The notes beneath the pieces were generated by a model, which saw only the letters and a list, made by a program, of their open reading frames with translations, was not told where the DNA came from and made no database searches. A program made the translations under genes and the position numbers. A stretch of DNA of 64,000 nt from Escherichia phage p000v. The first letter of the stretch is position 1, and every line of letters starts with the position of its first letter. Where the stretch lies: the sequence record NC_055781.1, one strand, 5' to 3'. Positions 54,512 through 64,000 of the stretch are shown one piece after another.

Positions 54512-55960
54512 TTAAGCTGTAGGAAGTTCAACCCAGGCACCATCTTTGCGAACATAGAATTTACCATCTGAAGGAGCATCTTCAATATATCCAGCTTCCT
54601 TAAGAGTTTGGATTTCAGCTTCTGCAGCGGCCAAATCAGTTTCAAGAGTAGCAATTCTAGAAGTTAAACTATTAATTGTCGTATCATGACTTTTAACTGT
54701 AGGCAATATACCACGTTCTTCAACGGTCGAACCATTTGGGTTGGTGCCATTTATAAGAGTATTTAATGTGTTTACAGAACCCTTAATTCCTGTGGAATTA
54801 GTCCCAACATCAGTTTGAATATTCTGAATGTCATTACTCATCCCACTGATAGTTCCTTCAAGCTCTCGAGTACGATAAAGCAAAGAGCCGTCTGGTTCTG
54901 GTTTACCGCCTGAAGCGTCAACACCAACTACGTTATTTAACCACGACACATTAAAACGCAGTCCTGATGAAGAATCAGAGCCGACAACGGTGTTCAATGC
55001 TCCGATAGCATCAGTATTGAGTTTAATACGACCTTGGATTGTAGTAGGCAAATCATCAGCGCCAATGGCAGTTTCTACTGTGGTCAAACGAGGTTTAATA
55101 CCGCCTGATTGATTGAGCTCAAGATTAATGTCGTTTATTGCTGAACTATTCGCATTAGTTGTAGTAATAATAGAAGTCGTATTAGGATACCCAATAGACT
55201 GTTTAATGCCATCCAAGTCAGCATTTTGACGCGACAAAGTTAAATCAATACCGGAAAGACGACTAAACACTGGAGTAGTGAAAGAAGTACGAGGTCCCAT
55301 TTCTTCGCGCAAGTGTTCAACTTCAATAGTTAAAGAGCCGACGTCAGAATCAGCAAATTTAGTTTCTAAATCTGTTAAACGAACACCATGGTCGACAATT
55401 ACAGAGCTATTGGTCATAATACGGCGTTTCATACCGGTGCTATCATTTCCTGGAGTAGGAACCCCATTAATATCTTGACCAGTATATTGTCCTAATTCGT
55501 TTTTAATCCAAAGTAGGTCATTACGAACCGTTCTATAAACTGAATCTGTTTCCTGATTATAAACACCAATATCAGCAGTATTCGCATCAATATGTTCATT
55601 CAAATCATTCAATTCACTAGCATGGGTTTGAACTGTGACTTTAATGACATCGATATCTTGGGTGTTCTGGCCTATCTGTGCAAGAGCATCAACATCCCCA
55701 GAAACATCTAAAATACCTTGAATAACTTTAATATCTTCATTGGCCGTATTCAAAGAAGATGCTATAGTTTTAATATTAACATCTAACGCTTCTACGTTAC
55801 GTTGAACTTCAACAATAGGACGGTTCATTACACCTTCAGAACCGTATTTTGTGTCAGCACCTGTTATTTCTTCATCGTTTTTAATCCATTCAATACGACT
55901 CTGACCCGCGTCTGGCGGGCCGTCAACATATGGTAAATCTACCAGAGTTATATCAGCCAT
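54512..55960 (-). CDS. wac: Fibritin (whiskers) with C-terminal foldon
   Basis: 482 aa; long coiled-coil segments; C-terminus GYIEDAPSDGKFYVRKDGAWVELPTA corresponds to the T4 foldon trimerisation domain. Confidence 0.85.
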   Translation of the reverse strand: MADITLVDLPYVDGPPDAGQSRIEWIKNDEEITGADTKYGSEGVMNRPIVEVQRNVEALDVNIKTIASSLNTANEDIKVIQGILDVSGDVDALAQIGQNTQDIDVIKVTVQTHASELNDLNEHIDANTADIGVYNQETDSVYRTVRNDLLWIKNELGQYTGQDINGVPTPGNDSTGMKRRIMTNSSVIVDHGVRLTDLETKFADSDVGSLTIEVEHLREEMGPRTSFTTPVFSRLSGIDLTLSRQNADLDGIKQSIGYPNTTSIITTTNANSSAINDINLELNQSGGIKPRLTTVETAIGADDLPTTIQGRIKLNTDAIGALNTVVGSDSSSGLRFNVSWLNNVVGVDASGGKPEPDGSLLYRTRELEGTISGMSNDIQNIQTDVGTNSTGIKGSVNTLNTLINGTNPNGSTVEERGILPTVKSHDTTINSLTSRIATLETDLAAAEAEIQTLKEAGYIEDAPSDGKFYVRKDGAWVELPTA

Positions 55961-57543
55961 TATTTTACCTTAATGATATAGTTTAAAGAAATATTCCATG
56001 GGCGAGTTTCATTTCCAATTAATTCTGGACGATTCATGGTATATCTAGAGTTACGTTGAGACGCTGGATCAATTTCATATCCATCGTTAGTAAAATATGA
56101 ACGGTTATCCCAGTCAAGTCCTTTACGAGTACCAACAAAGTTTGAACGACGAGTATTACCAAATGCACCGGAATCATCATGTTCGCCAAAACCACCAGCA
56201 TGCTTATGATATGACATCTGTTGTTTTTGCACTTCACCGACATATCCACCAGTACAACCTACCGCCAGACGAGGCTTACCAAATTGGTCATTACCATTAA
56301 CATTAGGGTTAGTTAAATGGTTACCACGACCTGAGCCGCGAACAAATAATCCACGCATATCAGGCAAGCCTGGGTTAGAAGAACTACCACCATATCGTGT
56401 CCCAATTCTGGAAGCATATACCGGACATTCTGAAGCAGAAACGGTCCCGCCGTGACAGAAGCGCCAGTCCGAACTCGGTAAACTATCTGCTGCCCACATT
56501 GTAATAGCACCGACTGGAAGAATTCGGTCTAATTCATTTTGAGTCACAATACGATTGCCTTGAATATAACCACCGGTCATATTGACATTACCAGTTATAT
56601 TAGCACCACCAGAACCAACCGTCAACGTATTATTAATGCGAAGCGTGCCATTAATAGTTTGTCCGCCTCGTTGGTGGATAACATCAGCATTCCAAGCAAG
56701 GGCAGAAGAACCATCACCACCTGATTGACTACCTGCTTGTGTAGTTAAACGAACAACTCCACGTAAAGAAGTTGTAGCGCCGCGACCATTTAATGTTGCG
56801 CCGGTCACTACAACTGAAGAGTTGTTACTATTTACTTCAGTCTGTGTCCCTAGTTTAACGACGCCTTTATTAGTTTCTGATGCTACTGAATTCATAAAGG
56901 TATAAGGTGAAATTGCATAGCCTTCACGCAGGGTGCCTTGTTGTGCTTGTGCAACTGTAGCTAAACGAACAACACCGGTAATAGATTCGGTGGCGTCACT
57001 ATTATTTGGAGCAATTTGTGAAATAAGTTTAATTGCTAATTGTTGCGTTTTTAACGGAGTCATTGCCGTTGTATCGTCAGAACCAGCTAATGCCGCAGCA
57101 GAAGTTGAAATTTTAATTACACCATTTGTTGCTTCTGTTGACACTTTTGTCTGAAATACATTGTCTATTTTTTGATTCAATTTAAGCGGAGTAATTGATG
57201 CATCGTCAATTACTCCGGCTACTGCTTCATCTTCAGTAGCATAACGAGTTAAACCATATTGAGTTTCTGTCGCATTAGGATATTGTAGTCGAGCATTAAG
57301 TGTGGCTGGAGTAACAGCTTTACTATTATCTAATCCATCAATAACTTCTTGAGGAGTAGCTATTTGAATAATTCCTGGTGTAGTAGTTGTTGCTTCTGGT
57401 ACACCATTAACACCTGAAGGAGAAATAGCAGCTAATGCGGCTTGGACATTAGTGACTGTATCTGGAAAATTCGACCCAGTAGGGTCGAATTCAACGTAAA
57501 CGGATTCGTTTGAAACGTGTTGGTATGTATTGTTATTACTCAT
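55960..57543 (-). CDS. 12: Short tail fibre gp12
   Basis: 527 aa, same as T4 gp12; Gly/Thr/Asn-rich beta-helical repeats. Confidence 0.85.
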   Translation of the reverse strand: MSNNNTYQHVSNESVYVEFDPTGSNFPDTVTNVQAALAAISPSGVNGVPEATTTTPGIIQIATPQEVIDGLDNSKAVTPATLNARLQYPNATETQYGLTRYATEDEAVAGVIDDASITPLKLNQKIDNVFQTKVSTEATNGVIKISTSAAALAGSDDTTAMTPLKTQQLAIKLISQIAPNNSDATESITGVVRLATVAQAQQGTLREGYAISPYTFMNSVASETNKGVVKLGTQTEVNSNNSSVVVTGATLNGRGATTSLRGVVRLTTQAGSQSGGDGSSALAWNADVIHQRGGQTINGTLRINNTLTVGSGGANITGNVNMTGGYIQGNRIVTQNELDRILPVGAITMWAADSLPSSDWRFCHGGTVSASECPVYASRIGTRYGGSSSNPGLPDMRGLFVRGSGRGNHLTNPNVNGNDQFGKPRLAVGCTGGYVGEVQKQQMSYHKHAGGFGEHDDSGAFGNTRRSNFVGTRKGLDWDNRSYFTNDGYEIDPASQRNSRYTMNRPELIGNETRPWNISLNYIIKVK

Positions 57544-58217
57544 GAGGCTCTCACAAAGTGGTAGAAAACGGTAGGAGTATCATGGTTATCAAGAGTAACC
57601 GTTTGGGCACCCAATAAATTCCATGTTCCGTATCCGGATTTTGCTTCAGACAAAATTTCTTGCGAAATTGTTACACCAAACGAAGCATATGTTGGCAACA
57701 CATGACGTTGGTTATCTAAATATGTCACCTGAAGTTTATTACCTTCGGACGGATGGTCTTTATAAGAAGAAATAGCGATTTGATTAGCAATGGCTTCTTG
57801 TAAAGCTATACGAACTTGTGCAGTTAATTCGTTATCAGTCATACCAACTGTTGCTTTAACAGCAAGTCCAAATACGTTAATAACGACCGGCGTTCCAGGG
57901 GCCAAAGTATCGTCGAGAACATCACCAGAAAAAGTCCAATAATCAACTTGTGCTGTACCTTCAGGCGATATGCCTGAAGTGTTTGTGACAACAGTACCAA
58001 TATCAGCTCGTGCCATATTATGGACATCATTTATTGCAGATTCTACGTTATCATCATAAAAACCGCGAGCTAACTGAGAAATAGTCACGGAACCTACAGC
58101 TTGGTTGTTTAAAACATCAATTTGAGCTGGATTTTTTCTGTAATTCAAAAAATCAGCATGGCGGGAAATAACTCCCGCCTTTGTATTAAGTACAGTCATT
58201 ATGCAATCCTTACCCAA
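57540..58217 (-). CDS. 11: Baseplate wedge / short tail fibre attachment protein gp11
   Basis: 225 aa; T4 order. Confidence 0.8.
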   Translation of the reverse strand: MGKDCIMTVLNTKAGVISRHADFLNYRKNPAQIDVLNNQAVGSVTISQLARGFYDDNVESAINDVHNMARADIGTVVTNTSGISPEGTAQVDYWTFSGDVLDDTLAPGTPVVINVFGLAVKATVGMTDNELTAQVRIALQEAIANQIAISSYKDHPSEGNKLQVTYLDNQRHVLPTYASFGVTISQEILSEAKSGYGTWNLLGAQTVTLDNHDTPTVFYHFVRAS

Positions 58218-60004
58218 CGGTATACAGTTATAGATGGCTGAATATTAGTTATAGAACGCGCTGGAACATGAGATCCGTTAGTCTTTGCATGGTCTTCACG
58301 ATATTTAGTGTAAATAGGACCTTCTGCATCCGGGTCATATTGGCAACCGCCTATAATTACTGTACCATTATCATCAGAAATAAGAACCTTTTCATCGGTT
58401 TGTGTAGCTGGTAAATCAGCATTTTCTAATGTGATAGTTGTTACGCCAACAGTACCACCTGCGGTATGAGTAGGGTTACCATTGACGTCAAGGTCATTAT
58501 TATTTAATGCAAAATTAGGATCGGATGCGTCGTCATTCCAACCTGCTAATACTTTGCCTTGTCCCCAAATTTTCCACGAACCAAAACCTAAATAAGTGGC
58601 CGGATTATTAGGGTTAACCGCATTTTCGTAAATAGTCCCGACAGGATAAATTGTATCAAATATTGCTGAGATAGTCGAGAATTCACGTTCATACTTAGGA
58701 ACAGGTTCTACGTTAGGCCATCCAATTTTATCGAAATCAGTTAACGCAACGTCGCCAGTAATTTCAATGTTAGACCCTTGAGAAACATATTTCTCATCAG
58801 CGACATCAAGGATTTCTTCCATTTCAAGAAGAGTTCCTAAATCGTTATTAAACCATGTGATGGTAATAATGTCCTGGTCTTCAAATTGACGGTCAAACAG
58901 AATTGCGCTAGGGATATTATCAGTATATTCAATCGCATAATCTGTATATGATTGAGTCCATGTCCCACCGAGATTAGCGCATGACTCTTCAGAATCAGCA
59001 TCCACACCTTCACAACGGAAAATAGGAGTTCCAACAGTACCAGCTAATTCTTGGAGAATACCGTTGAAGCGAACTTCTAATGAATTCGGGTTAGGTGGTT
59101 CTGTAGGATTAATACCAAATGCTGTAAATGGAATAGACCGGAACGTACTCAAATCAGTGACGTAAATACTTCCGTCAATAGACTTTTTAGCAGTCAATTT
59201 ACTATCTAAAATGCGAACTTGGCGACGTGTATATGAACTACGCCACTGAGAAACACCGTCTAGGAATGTCTCAATTTGTACAGTGTCCCCAACATTACAC
59301 GGTTGACGTAATCTAATATTAAATCCATCAAGTGCAACCAGTTCACCAGGATTAGCGCCTGGAGAACCAAAATCACTATTATCACTGAATACATCACCAT
59401 AATACAATTCGTTGCCACGATGTTTTACGCGAATATTGTTAACGTTATAAGAGGTTCCATTAAAAACATCCATGAAATCGGTCTGACCTTGGGTTTCAAC
59501 CAGATATTCTCTACGAGCAACATTACTAATGTCAGAGCTAACTATTTTGTCGATTTGTTTGTTCTTGATGTATTCCCAACGTCCAGGAGCACAATAAACT
59601 AATTCTAAATCAGAGAACTGGACGTTAATTTCTACCGGAGATGAAGAACCTTTAATCGTGTCCCCGTTTGCCGGAATTAAAGTAACAGGGTTGATGTTCC
59701 AAGTTGCAAATACGTCACGAGCACGAATAACTTTATTATAGTCTGCAATTGTCCCTTTAGGAAGATTTACCGAAACTCGCCCAGAAGTAGTATTAATTGC
59801 ATAAGATTTACCCCAAGCAGCCTTAAGATTAAGACCATCAGCCGCATCATAGGTCTTCCATGCACCAGCGGCATAAGGAACTTCACCGTCACCTAATTCA
59901 TAATAGATTTCGTCAAAGTTCTCATTTATCTTTTCACCACCTCGACGAAGGTAATCGCCTTGTCCGTCATCAACGACGTTACCAATTTTAATATTTTGTT
60001 TCAT
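58199..60004 (-). CDS. 10: Baseplate wedge subunit gp10
   Basis: 601 aa; T4 size and order. Confidence 0.8.
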   Translation of the reverse strand: MKQNIKIGNVVDDGQGDYLRRGGEKINENFDEIYYELGDGEVPYAAGAWKTYDAADGLNLKAAWGKSYAINTTSGRVSVNLPKGTIADYNKVIRARDVFATWNINPVTLIPANGDTIKGSSSPVEINVQFSDLELVYCAPGRWEYIKNKQIDKIVSSDISNVARREYLVETQGQTDFMDVFNGTSYNVNNIRVKHRGNELYYGDVFSDNSDFGSPGANPGELVALDGFNIRLRQPCNVGDTVQIETFLDGVSQWRSSYTRRQVRILDSKLTAKKSIDGSIYVTDLSTFRSIPFTAFGINPTEPPNPNSLEVRFNGILQELAGTVGTPIFRCEGVDADSEESCANLGGTWTQSYTDYAIEYTDNIPSAILFDRQFEDQDIITITWFNNDLGTLLEMEEILDVADEKYVSQGSNIEITGDVALTDFDKIGWPNVEPVPKYEREFSTISAIFDTIYPVGTIYENAVNPNNPATYLGFGSWKIWGQGKVLAGWNDDASDPNFALNNNDLDVNGNPTHTAGGTVGVTTITLENADLPATQTDEKVLISDDNGTVIIGGCQYDPDAEGPIYTKYREDHAKTNGSHVPARSITNIQPSITVYRWVRIA

Positions 60005-60876
60005 TATTGAGCGACCCCAATTTTCTGAGTTGAGATAATTTTAACTGCTGAACGTAATCCAATAATATCGGATGTAATCGTCATAGTAGCAAAGTTGTTA
60101 ATAATACTAAAGCTAATATTAGCAATCTCGTCGGTTTCATCTACATTACCAACTCGCATTACTGCAAATTCGGTAGAAAGAACTTCTGAGTTAATTGTAT
60201 CTATTAGAATATTTATTTCGCATGTTTTTATTTTTCTACCGTCGGCGGATTGGCATGTAACAAGCAATTTAGCCATGTTATAATCCGTGCGATAAAACAG
60301 AGGAATAGAAACTGTGTTTCCTGTAAGACTCCAAGTCCCATCTACAGGAGATTCTTTCTGTCCAAACATGCTATCAGTAGAATAATTCCATACTGAAGTC
60401 GGCCCATTAATTTCAACACAACGAAGAACAACATGGGTATAAGGTGTGGAAATAACAAGATTATTAAGAACACCTTTAATCGAACCATCGGTTACTTGGA
60501 TACTTAAAGGATTGTTAACAGAAATAGACCCATTAGAGTTTATGAATTCTACAGAGTCACCTAATTCAGGACGGTCAATAATAACAATCACACCACCATC
60601 AGAAGCATCAATATCATGCATGGTGCCTGGTTTAATAGGAGTTTGATAATCGGCCGCCTTTCCTTTTTGATAATAACCTGTGGCATGAATAGTTTGACCT
60701 GTAGGTCCGGTTCCATCTGCTACGGCCATTTTACGTTGATCGCCAAATGCATTGTAAATAGCGTTGATATCGTCATTTATTTTATTACCACCGTCGAATA
60801 AGATATCACCTGTTGAGGCATTACCAATTTCGCCGGTATCGATTAATTGTTTAGGAGTTTGCTTAAAAAATGCCAT
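60004..60876 (-). CDS. 9: Baseplate wedge / long tail fibre socket protein gp9
   Basis: 290 aa; T4 size and order. Confidence 0.8.
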   Translation of the reverse strand: MAFFKQTPKQLIDTGEIGNASTGDILFDGGNKINDDINAIYNAFGDQRKMAVADGTGPTGQTIHATGYYQKGKAADYQTPIKPGTMHDIDASDGGVIVIIDRPELGDSVEFINSNGSISVNNPLSIQVTDGSIKGVLNNLVISTPYTHVVLRCVEINGPTSVWNYSTDSMFGQKESPVDGTWSLTGNTVSIPLFYRTDYNMAKLLVTCQSADGRKIKTCEINILIDTINSEVLSTEFAVMRVGNVDETDEIANISFSIINNFATMTITSDIIGLRSAVKIISTQKIGVAQ

Positions 60877-60908
60877 AATTCTGCCTTTTGTTGTCCGATA
60901 TTATATTC

Positions 60909-60945
60909 TATTTATAGATACAAAAATGGGAGCCCGAAGGCTCCC
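60909..60945 (-). promoter_or_regulatory. Gene 8 terminator hairpin followed by late promoter for gene 9
   Basis: GGGAGCC-CGAA-GGCTCCC at 60928..60945 (U-run follows on - strand); - strand TATAAATA at 60909..60916, 33 nt upstream of gp9 start. Confidence 0.5.
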
Positions 60946-60948
60946 TAA

Positions 60949-61953
60949 TTAAAACATAAACAAAATGTTAATTTCTTCTGTTTGGTCCATTGCCATAATA
61001 ACAGGTGGTCGGTTTTCCATATAAATCATTTCACCGGAATGACGTTGCAGGTCTCTAGGGTCGTAATAATCCTTTTCTGCTTTAACATTAGGGTCATTTG
61101 GATTTTTCTTAGCTTCTAATGGGTTTGTGATAATTGATATCTGTCTAAAACCCTTGTTACCAGGCAAAGCTGCCTCAGGGAAATAAACAGAATCAAAATA
61201 TGCTTTAAACCGCATCGTATTGGCTTTAACACGGTAAATCAAGCCGTAGTCATCTTGTTGCCAAGTTAAGTTATTTTCATATCCCCAACGCGTAGGGTCT
61301 TCTTTAATTTCTTCCGGCCATGGAACTACAAGATATTCGTTAGTGCAACGGTTAATTGACACATCGGCAGGAATCTCATAAAGATATTCCCAAATATATC
61401 CATCACCGGTTTCGATAACCCCATTAGCATCGCCTCTGCCTTCAGGAGGAGACATAGAACGAACAGACGGGGTCCATTTACCACCTAATTTAAGACATTC
61501 ATCTTTATTATCTAAAGATTCTATTGAACAGAGCCCTACGTCAGGGACGTCTAAACAACGGTAAATTAACCAACCAGCTCCAACTTCTGTCGCGTTGTAC
61601 GGAGCAGTATTACACGCGACTATATCGTTAATTCTAAACGTGTAAGGGTCTGGATATCGCACATCTCCCCAATCACGCCTAGGAATAACAGAATCTAACA
61701 TTGAAGGTAAAACTTTAACGGTACCCATCATATGGGTCCACATATCAGTAACACCAAGAACAGAATCTGTAGGATAAGGTGGGGCGAAGCCCACCTCATT
61801 TTCATTTGACGCCCAAGGCTCTGAACGTCCAAACGTAATATAAATGGAGTTCTTATCATCTCCATCCCCAACTGAATTATAAAAATTCAGCATTTTCTCT
61901 GTTCTAAATTTTGATGTAACTATTGCACGATAGATAACACTTGAATCATTCAT
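60949..61953 (-). CDS. 8: Baseplate wedge subunit gp8
   Basis: 334 aa, same as T4 gp8. Confidence 0.8.
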   Translation of the reverse strand: MNDSSVIYRAIVTSKFRTEKMLNFYNSVGDGDDKNSIYITFGRSEPWASNENEVGFAPPYPTDSVLGVTDMWTHMMGTVKVLPSMLDSVIPRRDWGDVRYPDPYTFRINDIVACNTAPYNATEVGAGWLIYRCLDVPDVGLCSIESLDNKDECLKLGGKWTPSVRSMSPPEGRGDANGVIETGDGYIWEYLYEIPADVSINRCTNEYLVVPWPEEIKEDPTRWGYENNLTWQQDDYGLIYRVKANTMRFKAYFDSVYFPEAALPGNKGFRQISIITNPLEAKKNPNDPNVKAEKDYYDPRDLQRHSGEMIYMENRPPVIMAMDQTEEINILFMF

Positions 61954-64000
61954 CTAATTTAACCTGTGGTGGATTCACGGGGTCTCTTGGATTTCCTACA
62001 TTATCGATTAACCGTTGTTCAACCAAATCTCTAAATCTAGAGAATGTTGTTCCGGACGCATCAAATAATGGGCTCATCAGTTTACGTCGTTCCGATGGAA
62101 GTTGACCTTGAAATATGGAGTTATTGTTTTCAGCGTTATAATCTTCAGGCAATGGATAATCTTGACCCGCCATAGGGCCTATTTCATATATCGCTTTACC
62201 TGTAATAGGGTCAAACTCAACATTTCCTTGTGGGTCTAATTTAGCCACTCGGTCTGCATATTTAGTCGGTAATCCAGAATCCCACTTATAGTTTTTGTAT
62301 TTATTAATAATGGTTTCAACATGTTTAAGTGTTAATCCGGTGTTAATAAACATTGTGAGAAGGGTGATTGCGATAAATCCAAATCCAACCGGATGAACAA
62401 AACGTAATACGTCTGATTTCCAACGAGATGATGGAAGTTTAGATTTAATCTTCATTACGTAGTATGCTCTACCACGATTTATGTAATCGATGTTGTTCTG
62501 AGAAAGCTCTTTACCTTTAATACCACGAACAATTTCACCTTCAAAGCCAGGGAGTCTTTCAGCTTTAACTTCCTGTCCTTGGATTAAACGACCTAAGAGG
62601 TTGTGAATTGTTACGGTCCATTGTAATTTACCTTTAGAGTAACTTCTCTCGATATACGTCACATTACAACGTCCTGTCGCGGTGTATATGGTTTGTCCGA
62701 CCAAATCTTCTGACAACGAATCAGATTCAATGATGATATCATATTCGGTCCCAGAACTAGATTCAATTTCAATTTCAACATCTTCGTTATAAAGCACTTT
62801 AAACAAGAATTTATATGATGCTTCAGTTCCTTTAGTTGAATAGAAGTCATAACTTCTTGATTCAAAGAAACGAGACACTAAATCGCGTTTTTCGGCGTTT
62901 AAGTAAATGTTTCTTTTATAAATCTCAGACCATAAGTATTCCCACGCATGTTCTTCGCGTGGATATTGATTTTTAATAAGATTTAAAAGATTGTTATAAT
63001 GGGTCCCATAGCCGTCAGAAAGATACTGAATATAAGCCTCACAGAACGCTTCGAAGTTTGTATTATCTAAAAGATAAGACTCTGGCATCATTGTAGTGAG
63101 CAACGGACGTAAATCCGGGTCTGCAATACCGTTCTCTTCCACAGGAGTCCATGTGGTATCTTTTTCTTGGTTTTGTAATGATGCTGTTAAGAATATATTA
63201 GTAGGCTTCCAAATTATAGAAACATTATCTCTAACACGATAACTAAAATCATAATAAGAAATAATCTCACCTGATGATTTATAGAAAATCATGCCGGATG
63301 CATATTTTTTAAATCCGGTGAAATCTACGTTAGGCATCACTATTGTACAGTCACCGTCCTTCCAATATTCATGAACTTCACGGTCTGAAGAACTAAGTGG
63401 ATGATTCTCAATAACCTTAGTGTAAAGTAAATCAGAATAAATTACAACGGCCTTGTCTGAGTTATTAATCCAACAACGAGTACCAGACTTTCTAGAATAA
63501 CTAAAGAATGGCTCAGCGTAGTATTCCATTGGTTGAGGAGTGAACGATTCCCATTGAGAGTCTTCAGTTGAAATAAATGCCATCATATGATAATGTTTAT
63601 CAGCCAGCCATTCACGAGGATACTCATATTTGACAGCACCGATTAAACCGTACTTGACTTGTGTTTTTTGGTCATCAACAATATCTGATTCTAGAAATTT
63701 AAAATTACTAGATGAAATAGATAACTCAACACCATCAGTAGACATACTGGTGTACCCTGGTTCAATACGACGGCGTTCTTCTTCAGTATTACCAAACACA
63801 CGTTTAAATGTGCCAGCATCATGGTCTAGAACGTAAACACCCTTATCGGCAGAATCAACAATAGGAGTGGTCCTCGGGTCGTCATTAAGATTAACAACTT
63901 CGCCGATAATCAGTGCAAATATTTTACCACCGACAGAATCCATTTTATAGCAAACTGCCTTAGGGTTGCCTGTGATGTTAAATGTTTCTTGTTCAAACAA
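61946..64000 (-). CDS. 7: Baseplate wedge initiator gp7, C-terminal ~684 codons (gene start lies beyond the window end)
   Basis: Open frame runs to window edge; overlaps gp8 start; T4 order (7 upstream of 8) and large size. Confidence 0.75.
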   Translation of the reverse strand: MFEQETFNITGNPKAVCYKMDSVGGKIFALIIGEVVNLNDDPRTTPIVDSADKGVYVLDHDAGTFKRVFGNTEEERRRIEPGYTSMSTDGVELSISSSNFKFLESDIVDDQKTQVKYGLIGAVKYEYPREWLADKHYHMMAFISTEDSQWESFTPQPMEYYAEPFFSYSRKSGTRCWINNSDKAVVIYSDLLYTKVIENHPLSSSDREVHEYWKDGDCTIVMPNVDFTGFKKYASGMIFYKSSGEIISYYDFSYRVRDNVSIIWKPTNIFLTASLQNQEKDTTWTPVEENGIADPDLRPLLTTMMPESYLLDNTNFEAFCEAYIQYLSDGYGTHYNNLLNLIKNQYPREEHAWEYLWSEIYKRNIYLNAEKRDLVSRFFESRSYDFYSTKGTEASYKFLFKVLYNEDVEIEIESSSGTEYDIIIESDSLSEDLVGQTIYTATGRCNVTYIERSYSKGKLQWTVTIHNLLGRLIQGQEVKAERLPGFEGEIVRGIKGKELSQNNIDYINRGRAYYVMKIKSKLPSSRWKSDVLRFVHPVGFGFIAITLLTMFINTGLTLKHVETIINKYKNYKWDSGLPTKYADRVAKLDPQGNVEFDPITGKAIYEIGPMAGQDYPLPEDYNAENNNSIFQGQLPSERRKLMSPLFDASGTTFSRFRDLVEQRLIDNVGNPRDPVNPPQVKLDE

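Overview
This window is a T4-like (Tevenvirinae, Tequatrovirus-type) virulent myophage genome segment, collinear with the T4 map from gene 34 through gene 7. Calls rest on reading the translations and motifs directly and on recalled T4 sequences and gene order; no database search was run. The first ~26 kb is an early/middle block on the + strand: rnh, dsbA, 33, 59, 32, frd, td, nrdA, nrdB, denA, rnlA, alc, a spanin pair, pseT, cd, 31, rIII, a run of small 30.x-like ORFs, DNA ligase (30) and alt. The remaining ~38 kb is the late morphogenesis block, mostly on the - strand (gp54-48-29-28-27-51, gp24 to gp7 including capsid, portal, terminase, sheath, tube, neck, fibritin and baseplate genes), interrupted by + strand 26-25-uvsY and inh-hoc-rnlB and by - strand uvsW. 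Regulation reads as in T4: at least ten copies of a conserved early-promoter cassette (GTTTAC, 17 bp, TACTAT, then a CAACAACACGAGGAAA-like leader), MotA-box middle promoters ahead of uvsY and 31, TATAAATA late promoters ahead of structural genes, and UUCG/CGAA-loop terminators. The most notable departures from the T4 reference as I recall it are: (1) a full-length DAHP synthase (shikimate pathway) gene between pseT and cd; (2) a NADAR/YbiA-like protein and a HAD-family phosphatase in the 30.x cluster next to ligase and the Alt ADP-ribosyltransferase; (3) td and nrdB are uninterrupted and no seg-type homing endonuclease is present at the 59/32, 23/24 or uvsW/hoc junctions; (4) a small early-promoter-driven ORF lies antisense between capsid genes 23 and 24; (5) extra promoter-bearing small ORFs sit in the alc-pseT and pseT-cd intervals. 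No tRNA, rRNA, CRISPR array, integrase or transposase was recognised.
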